Shown here: piece after piece, positions 10,690-20,787 of the stretch
Layout of the letters: every line of letters starts with the position of its first letter
Position numbering within the stretch: the stretch's first letter is position 1
Source: a virus
Lineage: Duplodnaviria; Heunggongvirae; Uroviricota; Caudoviricetes; Herelleviridae
Virus record (IMG/VR): IMGVR_UViG_2706796076_000001
Length of the DNA stretch: 64,000 nt
Strand: one strand, 5' to 3'
Notes under the pieces: generated by a model
What the model was told of the DNA's origin: nothing
Seen by the model: only the letters and a program-made list of their open reading frames with translations
Databases searched by the model: none
Program-made: the position numbers and the translations under genes

Positions 10690-11934
10690 ATGTCAGCATT
10701 TACAGAATTTATTAATCAACAAGCAAAAGAAACACAAAATAATAACAATAATGAGGTGGAATATTATACACCTAAAAATCCAGTTATTCGATTAGGTAAG
10801 CAAAAAGATGGTTCAACTAAAGATTCAATTTTAGTACGTATTTTACCACCTAAAAAAGAAGGTTCTTTAGAGTTTTATAAGAAATTTAGAAACACAGGTA
10901 TTAACTTCAACAATAAAAACAATGAGCAAAAATTCGTAGGATTAACACTACCAGCTACTTCAGGAGAATCAGTCATTGACCCGTTTATTGAATCTTGGAT
11001 AGCTAATAAGGTTCCTTTTAGTCGATTCCCTAATAGACCATCTAACAGATATTACATTGAAGTTATTGAGTATATTAATAATGGTGGTACTTTACAACCT
11101 GTAGTAGATAACTCAGGTAATCCTAAGATTTCACCTTTAGAAATTCCTATTACAGCATATAATGCTTTAGCTAGTCAATTAGGAGATGAAATGTTTAACC
11201 CTTCTCCTTCAGCTAAGTTTAGTTTTATTTCTGAAGATATTGCTTATCCTGTAATGTTTAAGAAAGCAAAAGAAAATGATAAAACAAATTGGTATGTTCA
11301 AGTATACTCTAATCCACAATATCAATTTGGTAATTTACCATCTAATTGGAGAGAGTTATCTTCAGATTTAGATAAATTAGCTCAACCTACAGAAGAGGTG
11401 AACCCTAATCTTGTTAACTTCTTAATTAATAAAGTAAATGGAACACCTTTAGAAACAGATAACTTTACTTTCAACAGAGATACAAATACATTAGGGGATG
11501 CACCTAGCCAACCACAACAACCTGTACAACAAACACAACAACCACAACCAACACAACAACAAGTAGAACAACAGTTACCAGGTAATTTAAGTAATCAACC
11601 ACAACAAAACACACAACAAGTACCACAGAACGATTGGAATACTATTAATACTCAATCGCAACAGACTACTCAACAACCAACTCAACAGCAACAGTTTAAT
11701 CAGGTACAACAAGCACCACAGCAACCACAACAACCACAAGGAAATAATCCTTGGGAGAATTTTGATGAGAATACTATTAATGATTCTCAAGTACCTTTCG
11801 ACACTGGAAGTCAGCAACAACCACCTCAACAACAAAACGTACAACAAAATCAACAACAATATCAAGAACCTCCTAAAATGGAACAGCCAAAAAATGTTGA
11901 TGATGTTTTAAAAGGTTTAAATCTAGACATTTAA
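10690..11934 (+). CDS. putative ssDNA-binding / replication accessory protein with Q/P-rich low-complexity linker
   Basis: It sits between the polymerase and the recombinase. The N-terminal domain has gp32-like spacing (VIRLGKQKDGS...ILVRILPP) but no Zn ligands. A ~100-aa QQPxQQ tract precedes a short C-terminal tail. Confidence 0.3.
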   Translation: MSAFTEFINQQAKETQNNNNNEVEYYTPKNPVIRLGKQKDGSTKDSILVRILPPKKEGSLEFYKKFRNTGINFNNKNNEQKFVGLTLPATSGESVIDPFIESWIANKVPFSRFPNRPSNRYYIEVIEYINNGGTLQPVVDNSGNPKISPLEIPITAYNALASQLGDEMFNPSPSAKFSFISEDIAYPVMFKKAKENDKTNWYVQVYSNPQYQFGNLPSNWRELSSDLDKLAQPTEEVNPNLVNFLINKVNGTPLETDNFTFNRDTNTLGDAPSQPQQPVQQTQQPQPTQQQVEQQLPGNLSNQPQQNTQQVPQNDWNTINTQSQQTTQQPTQQQQFNQVQQAPQQPQQPQGNNPWENFDENTINDSQVPFDTGSQQQPPQQQNVQQNQQQYQEPPKMEQPKNVDDVLKGLNLDI

Positions 11935-11938
11935 TATT

Positions 11939-11965
11939 AGAGTGCTTAAGCACTCTTTTATTTGA
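11939..11965 (+). terminator. rho-independent terminator
   Basis: Perfect palindrome AGAGTGCTTAAGCACTCT followed by a T-rich run. Confidence 0.6.
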
Positions 11966-11991
11966 TTTTTATATTGAAAGGTGATAAGATA

Positions 11992-12204
11992 ATGGCAAGA
12001 GCAAAAAAAGGTAAAGAAATAGATATGAAAGATTACAATACCATTGATTTAGGTAAAGAAATGGGTTTAACTCTATTATCAGATAGTAATAAAGCAGACA
12101 TTACAAATATAATTCCTACTATGGTTCCTCAATATGATAGAATTCTAGGGGGAGGTATTCCTTTAGGAAGACTTACAGAAGTGTATGGGCTAACGGGCAG
12201 TGGT
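11992..12204 (+). CDS. RecA/UvsX-like recombinase, exon 1 (joins 13581..14597)
   Basis: IPTMVPQYDRILGGGIPLGRLTEVYGLTGSG is the RecA N-terminus reaching into Walker A. SD AAAGGTGA is present. The frame is stopped right after GSG. Confidence 0.8.
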
Positions 12205-13580
12205 TGCCTTAAATAGCCACAGTGACTTGTAAAGAGTTATTACAAACCCATGTGAATTGCTGGGAAGCCTTAAAGACTTATTAACTACAACGTAACTGGA
12301 AACAGTAGGCGTGAATGTTTAAAAATAATAAGTATATGAGTTATATGGTATAACGAAAACTTTTTGTTATATTATATAGTGTAGGTAATCAGCATCCAAG
12401 CTTCTAAGTTGAAAAATAAGAAGAAGGTTCAACGACTATCGAAAAGATATCTAGTACCGAGAGGTATTAGAGAGTAACTGAGTAGAGTAAAAGATATTAA
12501 TCTTTGAAGTGCATGGGAATTGCCTACGAAATCTATTAGAAAAATGGAGAGTAGTATAATATGGTAAAACGAGTTTGGACTAATGAAGAGAAACAAGATA
12601 TAGTAAAATCATTTCAAGAAGGTAAAACGTTTAAAGAATTACAAGATAAGTATAATGCACATTATTTCACTATCAAGAAAATTTTAGATGAGTTTAATAT
12701 TGACACAAATAAAAAACGAAGATGGACTAATAAGCAAAAACAAGATATACTAAGAATGTATACTAAAGAGTCTATGACTATAGCAGAGATAAAAGAGGTA
12801 TATACAACACACGCAAGAGAAATAGGTAGAATACTAAAAGACTTTGGAGTAGATACTTCTTACTATCAAACTAGAAGCGTTAATAGAAATATAAATAGAA
12901 ATTTCTTTGAAGTAATTGATACTGAAGAGAAAGCTTATATACTAGGTTTATTAATGGCTGATGGGTGTGTTAGATATAGACGAGAAGGGCAATGTTACTT
13001 AACACTAGAATTGATTGATAAAGAAATAGTAAAAAGAGTTCAAAAAGAATTGAATTCAGACAGTAAAATATATGAATCACATAGAAAAAGAGATTATATA
13101 AAAAACGAAAAACAAACTTATACTTTTAGTGTTACCGATGAAAAACTATGTAATGACTTAGCTAAATATGGTATAGTACCTATGAAGTCTAAAAAAACAG
13201 AATGGTTAACACAAGATATACCTTATGATTTAAGAAAGCATTATTTAAGAGGGTTATTTGATGGTGATGGTTCAATCGGGTATTATAATAATAGATGGTT
13301 TATAACTTTAATTAATAATCATCCTGAATTTTTAAAGGATGTAGGTACTTGGATTAATGATTTATTAGGTTTAAAATGTCCTAAAGTATCTAAAACTAGT
13401 ACCTCTTATAGAATAGGTTATACAGGTAAAAAAGCTAAAGAATTAATGAAATTACTATATCAAGATAATAATATTCATATAGACCGAAAGCAAAAACTTG
13501 CAGACCAGGCAATTCAAGATATAGTCTAAGCCCACTATTAAATTAGTGTTAAAGTACTAGGAAACTAGGGGTAGTAACTG
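12205..13580 (+). mobile_element. Group I intron in the recombinase gene carrying a LAGLIDADG homing endonuclease gene
   Basis: It splits Walker A as GLTGSG|KSTFAV. The 5' exon ends in T (12204) and the insert ends in G (13580). Structured GC-richer RNA lies at 12217-12560. Confidence 0.75.
12561..13529 (+). CDS. LAGLIDADG homing endonuclease (double-motif) with N-terminal duplicated HTH-like modules
   Basis: YILGLLMADGCV and YLRGLFDGDGSI are the two LAGLIDADG motifs. Two N-terminal ~50-aa repeats read WTNEEKQDI.../WTNKQKQDI... Confidence 0.8.
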   Translation: MVKRVWTNEEKQDIVKSFQEGKTFKELQDKYNAHYFTIKKILDEFNIDTNKKRRWTNKQKQDILRMYTKESMTIAEIKEVYTTHAREIGRILKDFGVDTSYYQTRSVNRNINRNFFEVIDTEEKAYILGLLMADGCVRYRREGQCYLTLELIDKEIVKRVQKELNSDSKIYESHRKRDYIKNEKQTYTFSVTDEKLCNDLAKYGIVPMKSKKTEWLTQDIPYDLRKHYLRGLFDGDGSIGYYNNRWFITLINNHPEFLKDVGTWINDLLGLKCPKVSKTSTSYRIGYTGKKAKELMKLLYQDNNIHIDRKQKLADQAIQDIV

Positions 13581-14597
13581 AAATCCACGTTTGCAGTACA
13601 CTTATCTAGAATAACTACACAACTAGGTGTTATTACTATTTGGATTGATATTGAAGGAACAGCAGATAACCAACGAATGAAGCAACTAGGGGTAGATGTA
13701 TCTAAATTATTTACTATTCAAGCAGGAGAAGGTAGACTTAAAAATACTGTTGAATTATCAGTAGAAACTGTAGGAAAAGAATTAGAATATTGGATTGATA
13801 CTTTTAACGAAAAAGCACCTGGTGTACCTATTTTATTTATTTGGGATTCTCTAGGAGCTACAAGAACAGCTAAAGAAATTGAAGGAGGAATTGATGAAAA
13901 ACAAATGGGTTTAAAAGCCTCAGCTACACAAAAAGTAATCAATGCTATTACTCCTAAACTCAATGATACTAATACAGGGTTAGTTATCATCAACCAAGCT
14001 CGCGATGATATGAACGCAGGTATGTATGGTGACCCTATAAAATCAACAGGTGGAAGAGCTTTTGAGCATGGTGCTAGTTTACGTATTAAAGTAACCAAGG
14101 GTGCTGAATCAGGTCTTAAACAAACAGATGTAACAACAGGTAAGCCTACTTATAGAGGTCATGTAATGCGTATTGAAACTAAAAAATCTAAATTAGTTAC
14201 ACCAGGACAAAAAGCGGAAGCAGATTTATTATCAAGTTATGAAGTAGGCTCTAAAGATGATACGATGTTATTAGATGGTATTGACCCTTATCACACAGTT
14301 TATAAGGAAGCAGTAGAACGAGGTTTAATTTCTAAAGGAACATGGCGTAACTATGTAACTTTAAATGGTGAAGAAATTAAACACTATGATAAAGATTGGG
14401 TTCCTACACTTGTTAATAATCATGATTTGTATTTAGAATTATTTAGTAGAGTATACTTTGAAAACTTTCCTACTAAGTATCGACCTTTAGAAAATAAAAT
14501 AGTGGATATTACTACTATTGAAGAATATCAAGCTCTTAAAGATTTTTATGAGATTAAAAGTACTGAAATTGAAAACAAAGGTACGGATGAAGAATGA
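13581..14597 (+). CDS. RecA/UvsX-like recombinase, exon 2
   Basis: KSTFAVHL..ITIWIDIEGTADNQRMKQLGVDVSKLFTIQAGEG parallels RecA ...[39 protein letters not shown]. Confidence 0.8.
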   Translation, partial: KSTFAVHLSRITTQLGVITIWIDIEGTADNQRMKQLGVDVSKLFTIQAGEGRLKNTVELSVETVGKELEYWIDTFNEKAPGVPILFIWDSLGATRTAKEIEGGIDEKQMGLKASATQKVINAITPKLNDTNTGLVIINQARDDMNAGMYGDPIKSTGGRAFEHGASLRIKVTKGAESGLKQTDVTTGKPTYRGHVMRIETKKSKLVTPGQKAEADLLSSYEVGSKDDTMLLDGIDPYHTVYKEAVERGLISKGTWRNYVTLNGEEIKHYDKDWVPTLVNNHDLYLELFSRVYFENFPTKYRPLENKIVDITTIEEYQALKDFYEIKSTEIENKGTDEE

Positions 14598-14962
14598 CAA
14601 ATAGTTATAATTTAATAGACCAAAATATAGATAGAGTAAAACAATCTTTAAGTGAATCTAATTCAAAAGATACAACACCTAGAGAGTATATTAGTATTGC
14701 TAAAAAATTTCAAAAAGTAAAAGATAATAATGAATCAGTAATTGTGGAAGAGGGTACTTTTCCACATACTGATTCTAATGTAATGTATATTAATTATGTC
14801 TCAGATAGATGGGTAGGAGGCTATTCACTACTTAGATATGAAAATAGTACAGTTAAAGTACCTAGAACAATACATTATTCAGATATTTTTGTAAGGGATA
14901 AAAATCATAAAATAAAAATTATTTTTGAAGGAGCAAACCCTTATGAAGAAGAACAACGGTAA
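14594..14962 (+). CDS. hypothetical protein (122 aa)
   Basis: ORF overlapping the recombinase stop (ATGA). Confidence 0.5.
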   Translation: MTNSYNLIDQNIDRVKQSLSESNSKDTTPREYISIAKKFQKVKDNNESVIVEEGTFPHTDSNVMYINYVSDRWVGGYSLLRYENSTVKVPRTIHYSDIFVRDKNHKIKIIFEGANPYEEEQR

Positions 14963-15599
14963 TAGATATGTAATTGATTCTGATGGTATACCTATTGATT
15001 TTGAAAGAGATATAGATAAATTACTTAATAAATATAAAAATTTAAGATGGTCTCTATATCATAAATATGCAGGTATATTATCTAATGATGCTGAAAGGGA
15101 AGACTTACGAGAGTATATAGACGAGCAGTTTATTAAACTTGTTAAAGAATATGATATACACAGTAAAGTTGATTTTCCTGGATATATTAAAGCAAAATTA
15201 ACTCTAAGAGTACGTAATAGTTATATTAAAAAAAATAAAAAATATAAAAGTACAGAGTTGATAGGTAAAAAAGAATCTACAGTAGAATCTCTAACTGAAG
15301 CTCTAACTACAGGTATAGAAGAAAGTGAATTAATACGATATGTGTTTGATGATGTAGAATTTACAGAACTACAAAGTATTTTATTAAAAGAATTACTAAT
15401 GAATGAAGATATGGAAGATGAAAAGTATATAGTTAATAGAGTATCCGAAGACACTCAAATTAAACGTAAAGATGTAGCAAAAGAGCTGTCAGAACTAAAA
15501 GATTATGTAAAATTTAAAATTAATGCTTATCATGAGTATAATAGACACATAGATAGTAATACACATAGAGTATATACTGAAAATAATGTTTGGGAATAA
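14943..15599 (+). CDS. putative RNA polymerase sigma factor (sigma-70 region 2 / region 4-like)
   Basis: DAEREDLREYIDEQFIKLVKEYD...LRVRNSYIKK is region 2-like. A C-terminal HTH is present. SD GAAGGAG lies 9 nt before ATG 14943. Confidence 0.45.
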   Translation: MKKNNGNRYVIDSDGIPIDFERDIDKLLNKYKNLRWSLYHKYAGILSNDAEREDLREYIDEQFIKLVKEYDIHSKVDFPGYIKAKLTLRVRNSYIKKNKKYKSTELIGKKESTVESLTEALTTGIEESELIRYVFDDVEFTELQSILLKELLMNEDMEDEKYIVNRVSEDTQIKRKDVAKELSELKDYVKFKINAYHEYNRHIDSNTHRVYTENNVWE

Positions 15600-15674
15600 C
15601 AAAATATTTGCAAAAAAGCCTTACTACTGTTATATTAGGAATGAATTTAATAAAGCAGTAGTGAGGTTATTTTC

Positions 15675-16019
15675 ATGATAAATAAGTTTGACAAGGATAA
15701 ATTTAATAATGCCTTAGATAGTGTTGAGGTTATTATTCCTAATTCAAAACAAGTAAGACGTAAATTTTCTGAATTTGTACCGTTGATAGTTTCAATTATA
15801 ACTGTTATTAATTTAATATTATCAAGTATATTAGGTAAAGATTTTTTACCAATTTCAGACGACCAACTTTACTTAATTATATCTGGTATTGTTTCATTAG
15901 TAGCTATTGTATGGACTTCATGGAAAAATACAAGTTTCAGTAAAAAAGATAAACAAAGGGAAGAAATAGCAAATCAAGTTATTTCTAAACCTAGAGTTAA
16001 AGATATTATAAAAAAATAG
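15675..16019 (+). CDS. small membrane protein (2 TM)
   Basis: Hydrophobic segments. SD GTGAGG. Confidence 0.5.
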   Translation: MINKFDKDKFNNALDSVEVIIPNSKQVRRKFSEFVPLIVSIITVINLILSSILGKDFLPISDDQLYLIISGIVSLVAIVWTSWKNTSFSKKDKQREEIANQVISKPRVKDIIKK

Positions 16020-16035
16020 TTAGGAGATTTTAAAT

Positions 16036-16695
16036 ATGGCTAAAAAAAGTTTACAAGAAGTTTTAACGCAAGATACAGTAACATTGAAAGATAAATACTT
16101 ACAAGTAAGAACTGAACAAGACGGATATACACGTACACATAGAGGTATTTATTCTTACATTTGTAAAGAGCAAGATGGTGAATTATTCCTATTTCCTATT
16201 CAATTAGATGGTAGAGGTACTATTAATGTAATGAAAGATTCTCCAGTTGTATACACAGACGGAGATAATATTCATTTTGTAGTGAACACTTTATTTGACC
16301 CTTACCACCAATCATTTATCCGAACTGAAAACATTAAAGGTTTAGATAAAGGTAAACAATTGGTACAAGCGTTCTTAGCATTTATTGAAGACAGATTCCG
16401 CTTAGGAGTATATAACGTCTTTATTACTAATGAGAAAGAAGACGTACTTGAAGTTAAAGACGTAGAACAATCAGACGCTGATAAAACAGAAGATAAAAAA
16501 GGTCGTGCAAACGAAGATTTAATTTCAAGTTATCCAACAGGAAATGCTCGTGAAGACGTACGTCATAACGACCAAAGTGAAGGACAAGGAGATACTTCAG
16601 AACCTTCTGAGTCACGTTCAGATGTAGACGTAGATGTATCTGTAGACCCTAAAGATACAACAGCAGATGTTAATGCAGAAGAAAAACCTCAATAA
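16036..16695 (+). CDS. hypothetical protein with strongly acidic C-terminal tail
   Basis: SD AGGAGA. The C-terminus reads SDVDVDVSVDPKDTTADVNAEEKPQ. A strong terminator follows. Confidence 0.55.
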   Translation: MAKKSLQEVLTQDTVTLKDKYLQVRTEQDGYTRTHRGIYSYICKEQDGELFLFPIQLDGRGTINVMKDSPVVYTDGDNIHFVVNTLFDPYHQSFIRTENIKGLDKGKQLVQAFLAFIEDRFRLGVYNVFITNEKEDVLEVKDVEQSDADKTEDKKGRANEDLISSYPTGNAREDVRHNDQSEGQGDTSEPSESRSDVDVDVSVDPKDTTADVNAEEKPQ

Positions 16696-16708
16696 TATAC
16701 CGCTTTTT

Positions 16709-16740
16709 AGACTAGGATTAAATTCCTAGTCTTTTTTTTA
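16709..16740 (+). terminator. rho-independent terminator (AGACTAGGA-TTAAAT-TCCTAGTCT + T8)
   Basis: Perfect 9-bp stem followed by T8. Related copies of this hairpin occur at 53130 and 61535. Confidence 0.8.
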
Positions 16741-16769
16741 TTGACAAATATATACATATATGTTATAGT
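16741..16769 (+). promoter_or_regulatory. sigma70-like promoter
   Basis: TTGACA, a 17-nt spacer, then TATAGT (aTGtTATAGT). Confidence 0.55.
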
Positions 16770-16799
16770 ATTAATTGTAATAAATATAGAGAGGTGTAA

Positions 16800-17063
16800 A
16801 TGATGATAAAAGAAGAGAATATTATTCTACTTAGAAACCCAGACGACCATGTTAAAGTAAAAAGACTTATGGAAAATAAAGAAGAGTTTGTAGCTGTTAA
16901 GTTTGATACAGTTTCAGTAGCTACTGTTAATGTGCAAAGTCAAATGAACGCAATACAAAACTATCTAAATATTTATGGTTATAGAGTACTAGAATATGGT
17001 AAAGATAATTTAGGACTAGATAAAGAATCAAAAGGATATTTATATGCTAGAATGGAGTGGTAA
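16800..17063 (+). CDS. hypothetical protein (87 aa)
   Basis: SD GAGAGGTG. Confidence 0.5.
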   Translation: MMIKEENIILLRNPDDHVKVKRLMENKEEFVAVKFDTVSVATVNVQSQMNAIQNYLNIYGYRVLEYGKDNLGLDKESKGYLYARMEW

Positions 17064-17806
17064 GAGTGTATATTTTTATTAACCCTTTAATACTTGAGAA
17101 GAATATAGTAGATAAGTTTTTCAAAGAAAATATTCAAGGTATTAGTAAGATAAAGTATGAAACAGACATAAATCGTGTTTCTTTTGAAAGTGTAGAAGAT
17201 GAAGATGTTATTTTTGTAGGTTATATTTATAAAAATATAGATACTCAATACTTAAAAGGTAGTATCTATTATGTAAGTAACATAGGGTTATTACCTGATA
17301 ATTTTATTACTGTAACTAAAGAAGAACAGCATTTAAGCCTGTTAAAACAACTTATGATTTTATTAGATATAAAAGATGATAAGTGGTTAAGTATAGCTAG
17401 AGATTTTACTAACTATTTTAACTTTATTAACTTAGAAGAAATAAATTACACACAAGTAGAAAAAGAACTTAATATAGATGAAGTTTATATTTCAATGATG
17501 TTAGATAGGGTTGTTGATGGTGGTAATAATTTCTTTTTCTTAAACGAGAATGATGTTATCTATAAATATGTATTAGCTCATAGAATTTTAAGGAAAAGAA
17601 ATACAGGTGTGGTTGTTATAACATCTCAAACACGGTCAAATAGTGACTTAATAACATTTCATTGTAAAAATGTTGATAAAAATTACTTGACAAAAGTGTT
17701 TGATACACGTTATAATGATAAGACAAATGTGTTTAGTTTATTTATACCTAGTTCAGTCAATCGACTAGCAAAAAATACAATGAAATTTATTAAAGAAGGG
17801 AATTAA
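17057..17806 (+). CDS. hypothetical protein (249 aa; GTG start, overlaps upstream stop)
   Basis: Long ORF in the operon; start uncertain. Confidence 0.45.
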   Translation: MVRVYIFINPLILEKNIVDKFFKENIQGISKIKYETDINRVSFESVEDEDVIFVGYIYKNIDTQYLKGSIYYVSNIGLLPDNFITVTKEEQHLSLLKQLMILLDIKDDKWLSIARDFTNYFNFINLEEINYTQVEKELNIDEVYISMMLDRVVDGGNNFFFLNENDVIYKYVLAHRILRKRNTGVVVITSQTRSNSDLITFHCKNVDKNYLTKVFDTRYNDKTNVFSLFIPSSVNRLAKNTMKFIKEGN

Positions 17807-17808
17807 TT

Positions 17809-19074
17809 ATGACAGAAAGTAGATTTAATACAGTAGAAGAGTTATATGCTATTATTATCGGAGTTCTAGGAAAAGAAGAAGGTAAAATAGTTTTAACTAA
17901 ATTTAATAAAATTATTAAAGAATTAGGATTAGACAAAGTAAATTCTTCAGAATTTGTTGATATTGTAGATACAGTTAGAGAGAATGAGTATTTAAACAGT
18001 CTTAAAAATTCAGCTTTATCTGGAGAACTTGGTTTAGGTGACTTAAGAAGTGTAGATGATAGAAAAGTATTTACAGGTAATGATTACTTTAAAACTGTTT
18101 CAACATATGTTACTGAGAATGAACGCACACTATCACAACAAAGAGAATTTCGTAAGTATGCTAAACAAGGTGCACATATTAATATCTTAATGGAAGATTT
18201 AAAGAAATCTATAATTAGAGATTTACAACCTATAAATACATTATTAGAAAGTCAGTTTTATAATTATGTAAATACAGAAAAAGAAAAATCAATGGTAGTT
18301 TTACTGTCAGATTTTCATATTGGTGCTTTGACATCTGATTATACTAATGGTGGTTACGACTTTAATATACTAAAACGTAGACTTAACCAATTTTTAGAGA
18401 CAGTTATTGAAGATATTGAAAGTAAAGATATTACAGATGTTACAGTATACTTTGTAGGTGATTTAGTAGAACATATATCTATGAGAGATGTTAACCAAGC
18501 ATTTGAGACAGAATTTACTTTAGCTGAACAAATTTCTAAAGGAACTAGATTAATTATAGATATTTTAAATAATATTAGACAATATGTACCAGGTAAATTA
18601 ACATTTGGTATTATTGGTGGTAATCATGACCGTATGCAAGGTAATAAAAATCAAAAAGTTTATAATGATAATGTAGCGTTTGTAGTACTAGATATGCTAC
18701 TTATGTTAAAACAACAAGGTGTATTAAAAGATATTGAGCTTATTGATAATAGGGAAGATATTTATAATATTAGAGATACAATTTTAGGTAAAAAAATTGT
18801 AGTTAATCATGGTGATGGACTTAAAGGAAAAGGTAATCATATTCCTAAATTTATTACAGATTCACATATTGATTTGCTTATTACAGGACATGTACATCAT
18901 CATAGAATAACACAAGAAGATTATAACAGATTTCATATTGTTGCCAGCTCTCCAATGGGCTATAATAACTATGCTAAAGAATTACACTTAAGTAAGACAA
19001 AACCTTCTCAACAAATATTAGTGTTAGAAGAGGGGACTAAGAATATAGACATTAAAACAGTGTTCTTAGATTAG
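17809..19074 (+). CDS. calcineurin-like metallophosphoesterase (Mre11/SbcD-like nuclease candidate) with ~150-aa N-terminal extension
   Basis: Motifs DFHIG, VGDLVEH, GGNHDRM, VVNHGDG and ITGHVHHH are present. Confidence 0.6.
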   Translation: MTESRFNTVEELYAIIIGVLGKEEGKIVLTKFNKIIKELGLDKVNSSEFVDIVDTVRENEYLNSLKNSALSGELGLGDLRSVDDRKVFTGNDYFKTVSTYVTENERTLSQQREFRKYAKQGAHINILMEDLKKSIIRDLQPINTLLESQFYNYVNTEKEKSMVVLLSDFHIGALTSDYTNGGYDFNILKRRLNQFLETVIEDIESKDITDVTVYFVGDLVEHISMRDVNQAFETEFTLAEQISKGTRLIIDILNNIRQYVPGKLTFGIIGGNHDRMQGNKNQKVYNDNVAFVVLDMLLMLKQQGVLKDIELIDNREDIYNIRDTILGKKIVVNHGDGLKGKGNHIPKFITDSHIDLLITGHVHHHRITQEDYNRFHIVASSPMGYNNYAKELHLSKTKPSQQILVLEEGTKNIDIKTVFLD

Positions 19075-19086
19075 GAGTGATTAATT

Positions 19087-19425
19087 TTGAATTATGTTTT
19101 ATCTATACTAATATCTACTATGATATTAGTTACAATAAATACAGTCGCTACTTTATTTCAACAATGGTCGGTTGAAAAAGAAAGAGTAAAAGCTGGCTAT
19201 CCAGCTTTTAATAACTTTGATTATTACTATCCGTTACTTAATTGGTTACTTGGTTTTATGTTTTTATTAGTAATTAGCTTTTTTTCTGATAATTTTATTC
19301 AACCTACTAATATTTGGTTCTTAATACTATATTGTGTTATATTTATAGTAGGATACCTTATTGTAGGATTAATTACTACCTTGATTATGTCTTTTATTCA
19401 AGCTAAGTTAATTAAGAAAAAGTAG
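19087..19425 (+). CDS. membrane protein (TTG start, 3 TM)
   Basis: Hydrophobic segments. SD AGGAGTGA. Confidence 0.45.
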   Translation: MNYVLSILISTMILVTINTVATLFQQWSVEKERVKAGYPAFNNFDYYYPLLNWLLGFMFLLVISFFSDNFIQPTNIWFLILYCVIFIVGYLIVGLITTLIMSFIQAKLIKKK

Positions 19426-19489
19426 AGGCATATTTGCTTCTACTTTAATTATATGGTATAATAAAAAGAAAAGAAGGAACTGATGAAGA

Positions 19490-20029
19490 ATGGATTTTAA
19501 TTTTAGTGCATTTGATAGTCCATCAATAAAAATGAGGGTAAGTATAGGAGCTTATTATTTTGATGGTAAACCTGTCTATATAGTAGAACATATAGAAGAA
19601 GATTTATCAGAATATGTTATTGTATATAATGTACATGATGTTAATAATATAGATAATCCAGTTAAAAAATATAGAATTGAAGAATATAGAAAAACAATAC
19701 CTGGAGGAACAACAATTAGTAATATTATTAAAAGCAGATTACCTAAGAAAGTTACACCTAAGAAAGTAGAAGAAGAACCTATATTCATAGCTACTGTGAT
19801 TCCGTTAGGCAGAGATACAGTAACAGGTGAGACTGGAAAAGGTTTCTTTGAAAGACAACCAGATAATAAAAAAATGACACAAAAAGATGGTATAGTTGTT
19901 GAGCATGGTAAGTATACAGGTGTTTTTATTGGTTTATCTAACATTAAATGGTTTAATTCATATACACCTTTAGAAAGTGTAATAGAATATTATAAAAAAA
20001 CGAAAGAGGATAGATTAAATGTCTTCTGA
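19490..20029 (+). CDS. hypothetical protein (179 aa)
   Basis: Preceded by a TGgTATAAT extended -10 at ~19452 and a GAAGGAA SD. Confidence 0.5.
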   Translation: MDFNFSAFDSPSIKMRVSIGAYYFDGKPVYIVEHIEEDLSEYVIVYNVHDVNNIDNPVKKYRIEEYRKTIPGGTTISNIIKSRLPKKVTPKKVEEEPIFIATVIPLGRDTVTGETGKGFFERQPDNKKMTQKDGIVVEHGKYTGVFIGLSNIKWFNSYTPLESVIEYYKKTKEDRLNVF

Positions 20030-20768
20030 AGCTAGATTTTATGAAAAAGATATAAAAGACCTAATAAAAACTAAACAGCACCTTTTTTATGATGATGATA
20101 TTATAAGTGATGTTAAGGATATTGCTATATTCAATGAAAAAGTAATTTGTCAAGGTAAATGTAGAACTGATTGCCTAGTATTAGATAGAAACGGTACTGT
20201 AATGGGTATCGAGATAAAAACAGAGAGGGATTCTACACAACGACTTAATAAACAACTACACTATTATAGTCAAGTATGTAAATACGTATATGTTATGTGT
20301 CATGATAAGCATGTACTTAAAGTAGAACAAATATTAAAACGATATAAACATCACCATGTAGGTATTATAAGCTATATAAATGTTAAAGGTAAACCTATTG
20401 TAGGTAAATATAAAAAGGCAACTATATCACCTCATAGAAGTCCTTATCATACACTTAATATTCTATGGAAACATAACTTATTAATAATGTTAAAACAAAT
20501 AAGAGACCCTTTTACTTTCCGTTCAGGGTATAACTATAATAAGAATGGTAGATACACAGGAGGAGCAGGTAACTTCTCTCAAACAACACAATCTAAAAGA
20601 ATGAAAAAATTCTCAGTTATTAATCAAATAATAAAATACTTAGGAGAAGAAAATACCTATAAATTATTTACAAGGGTAGTTATTTATGGTTATAATGATA
20701 GATGGAAAGTTATTGAAGAAGACTTCTTTAATGTAGTAAAAAATGGAGTTGAATCTATACGTGAATAA
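20019..20768 (+). CDS. hypothetical protein, possible PD-(D/E)xK nuclease fold
   Basis: LVLDRNGTVMGIEIKTERD has D..E.K spacing. Confidence 0.3.
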   Translation: MSSEARFYEKDIKDLIKTKQHLFYDDDIISDVKDIAIFNEKVICQGKCRTDCLVLDRNGTVMGIEIKTERDSTQRLNKQLHYYSQVCKYVYVMCHDKHVLKVEQILKRYKHHHVGIISYINVKGKPIVGKYKKATISPHRSPYHTLNILWKHNLLIMLKQIRDPFTFRSGYNYNKNGRYTGGAGNFSQTTQSKRMKKFSVINQIIKYLGEENTYKLFTRVVIYGYNDRWKVIEEDFFNVVKNGVESIRE

Positions 20769-20787
20769 AAGAAGAAAAGCAAAACTT

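Noticed and set aside
11587-11865. Minus-strand 92-aa Leu-rich ORF
   Set aside because: It is the antisense of the CAA/CAG Gln-rich tract (reads as CTG/TTG Leu), so it is a composition artefact.
13718-14098. Minus-strand ORF inside the recombinase exon 2
   Set aside because: It is antisense to conserved RecA-like coding sequence.
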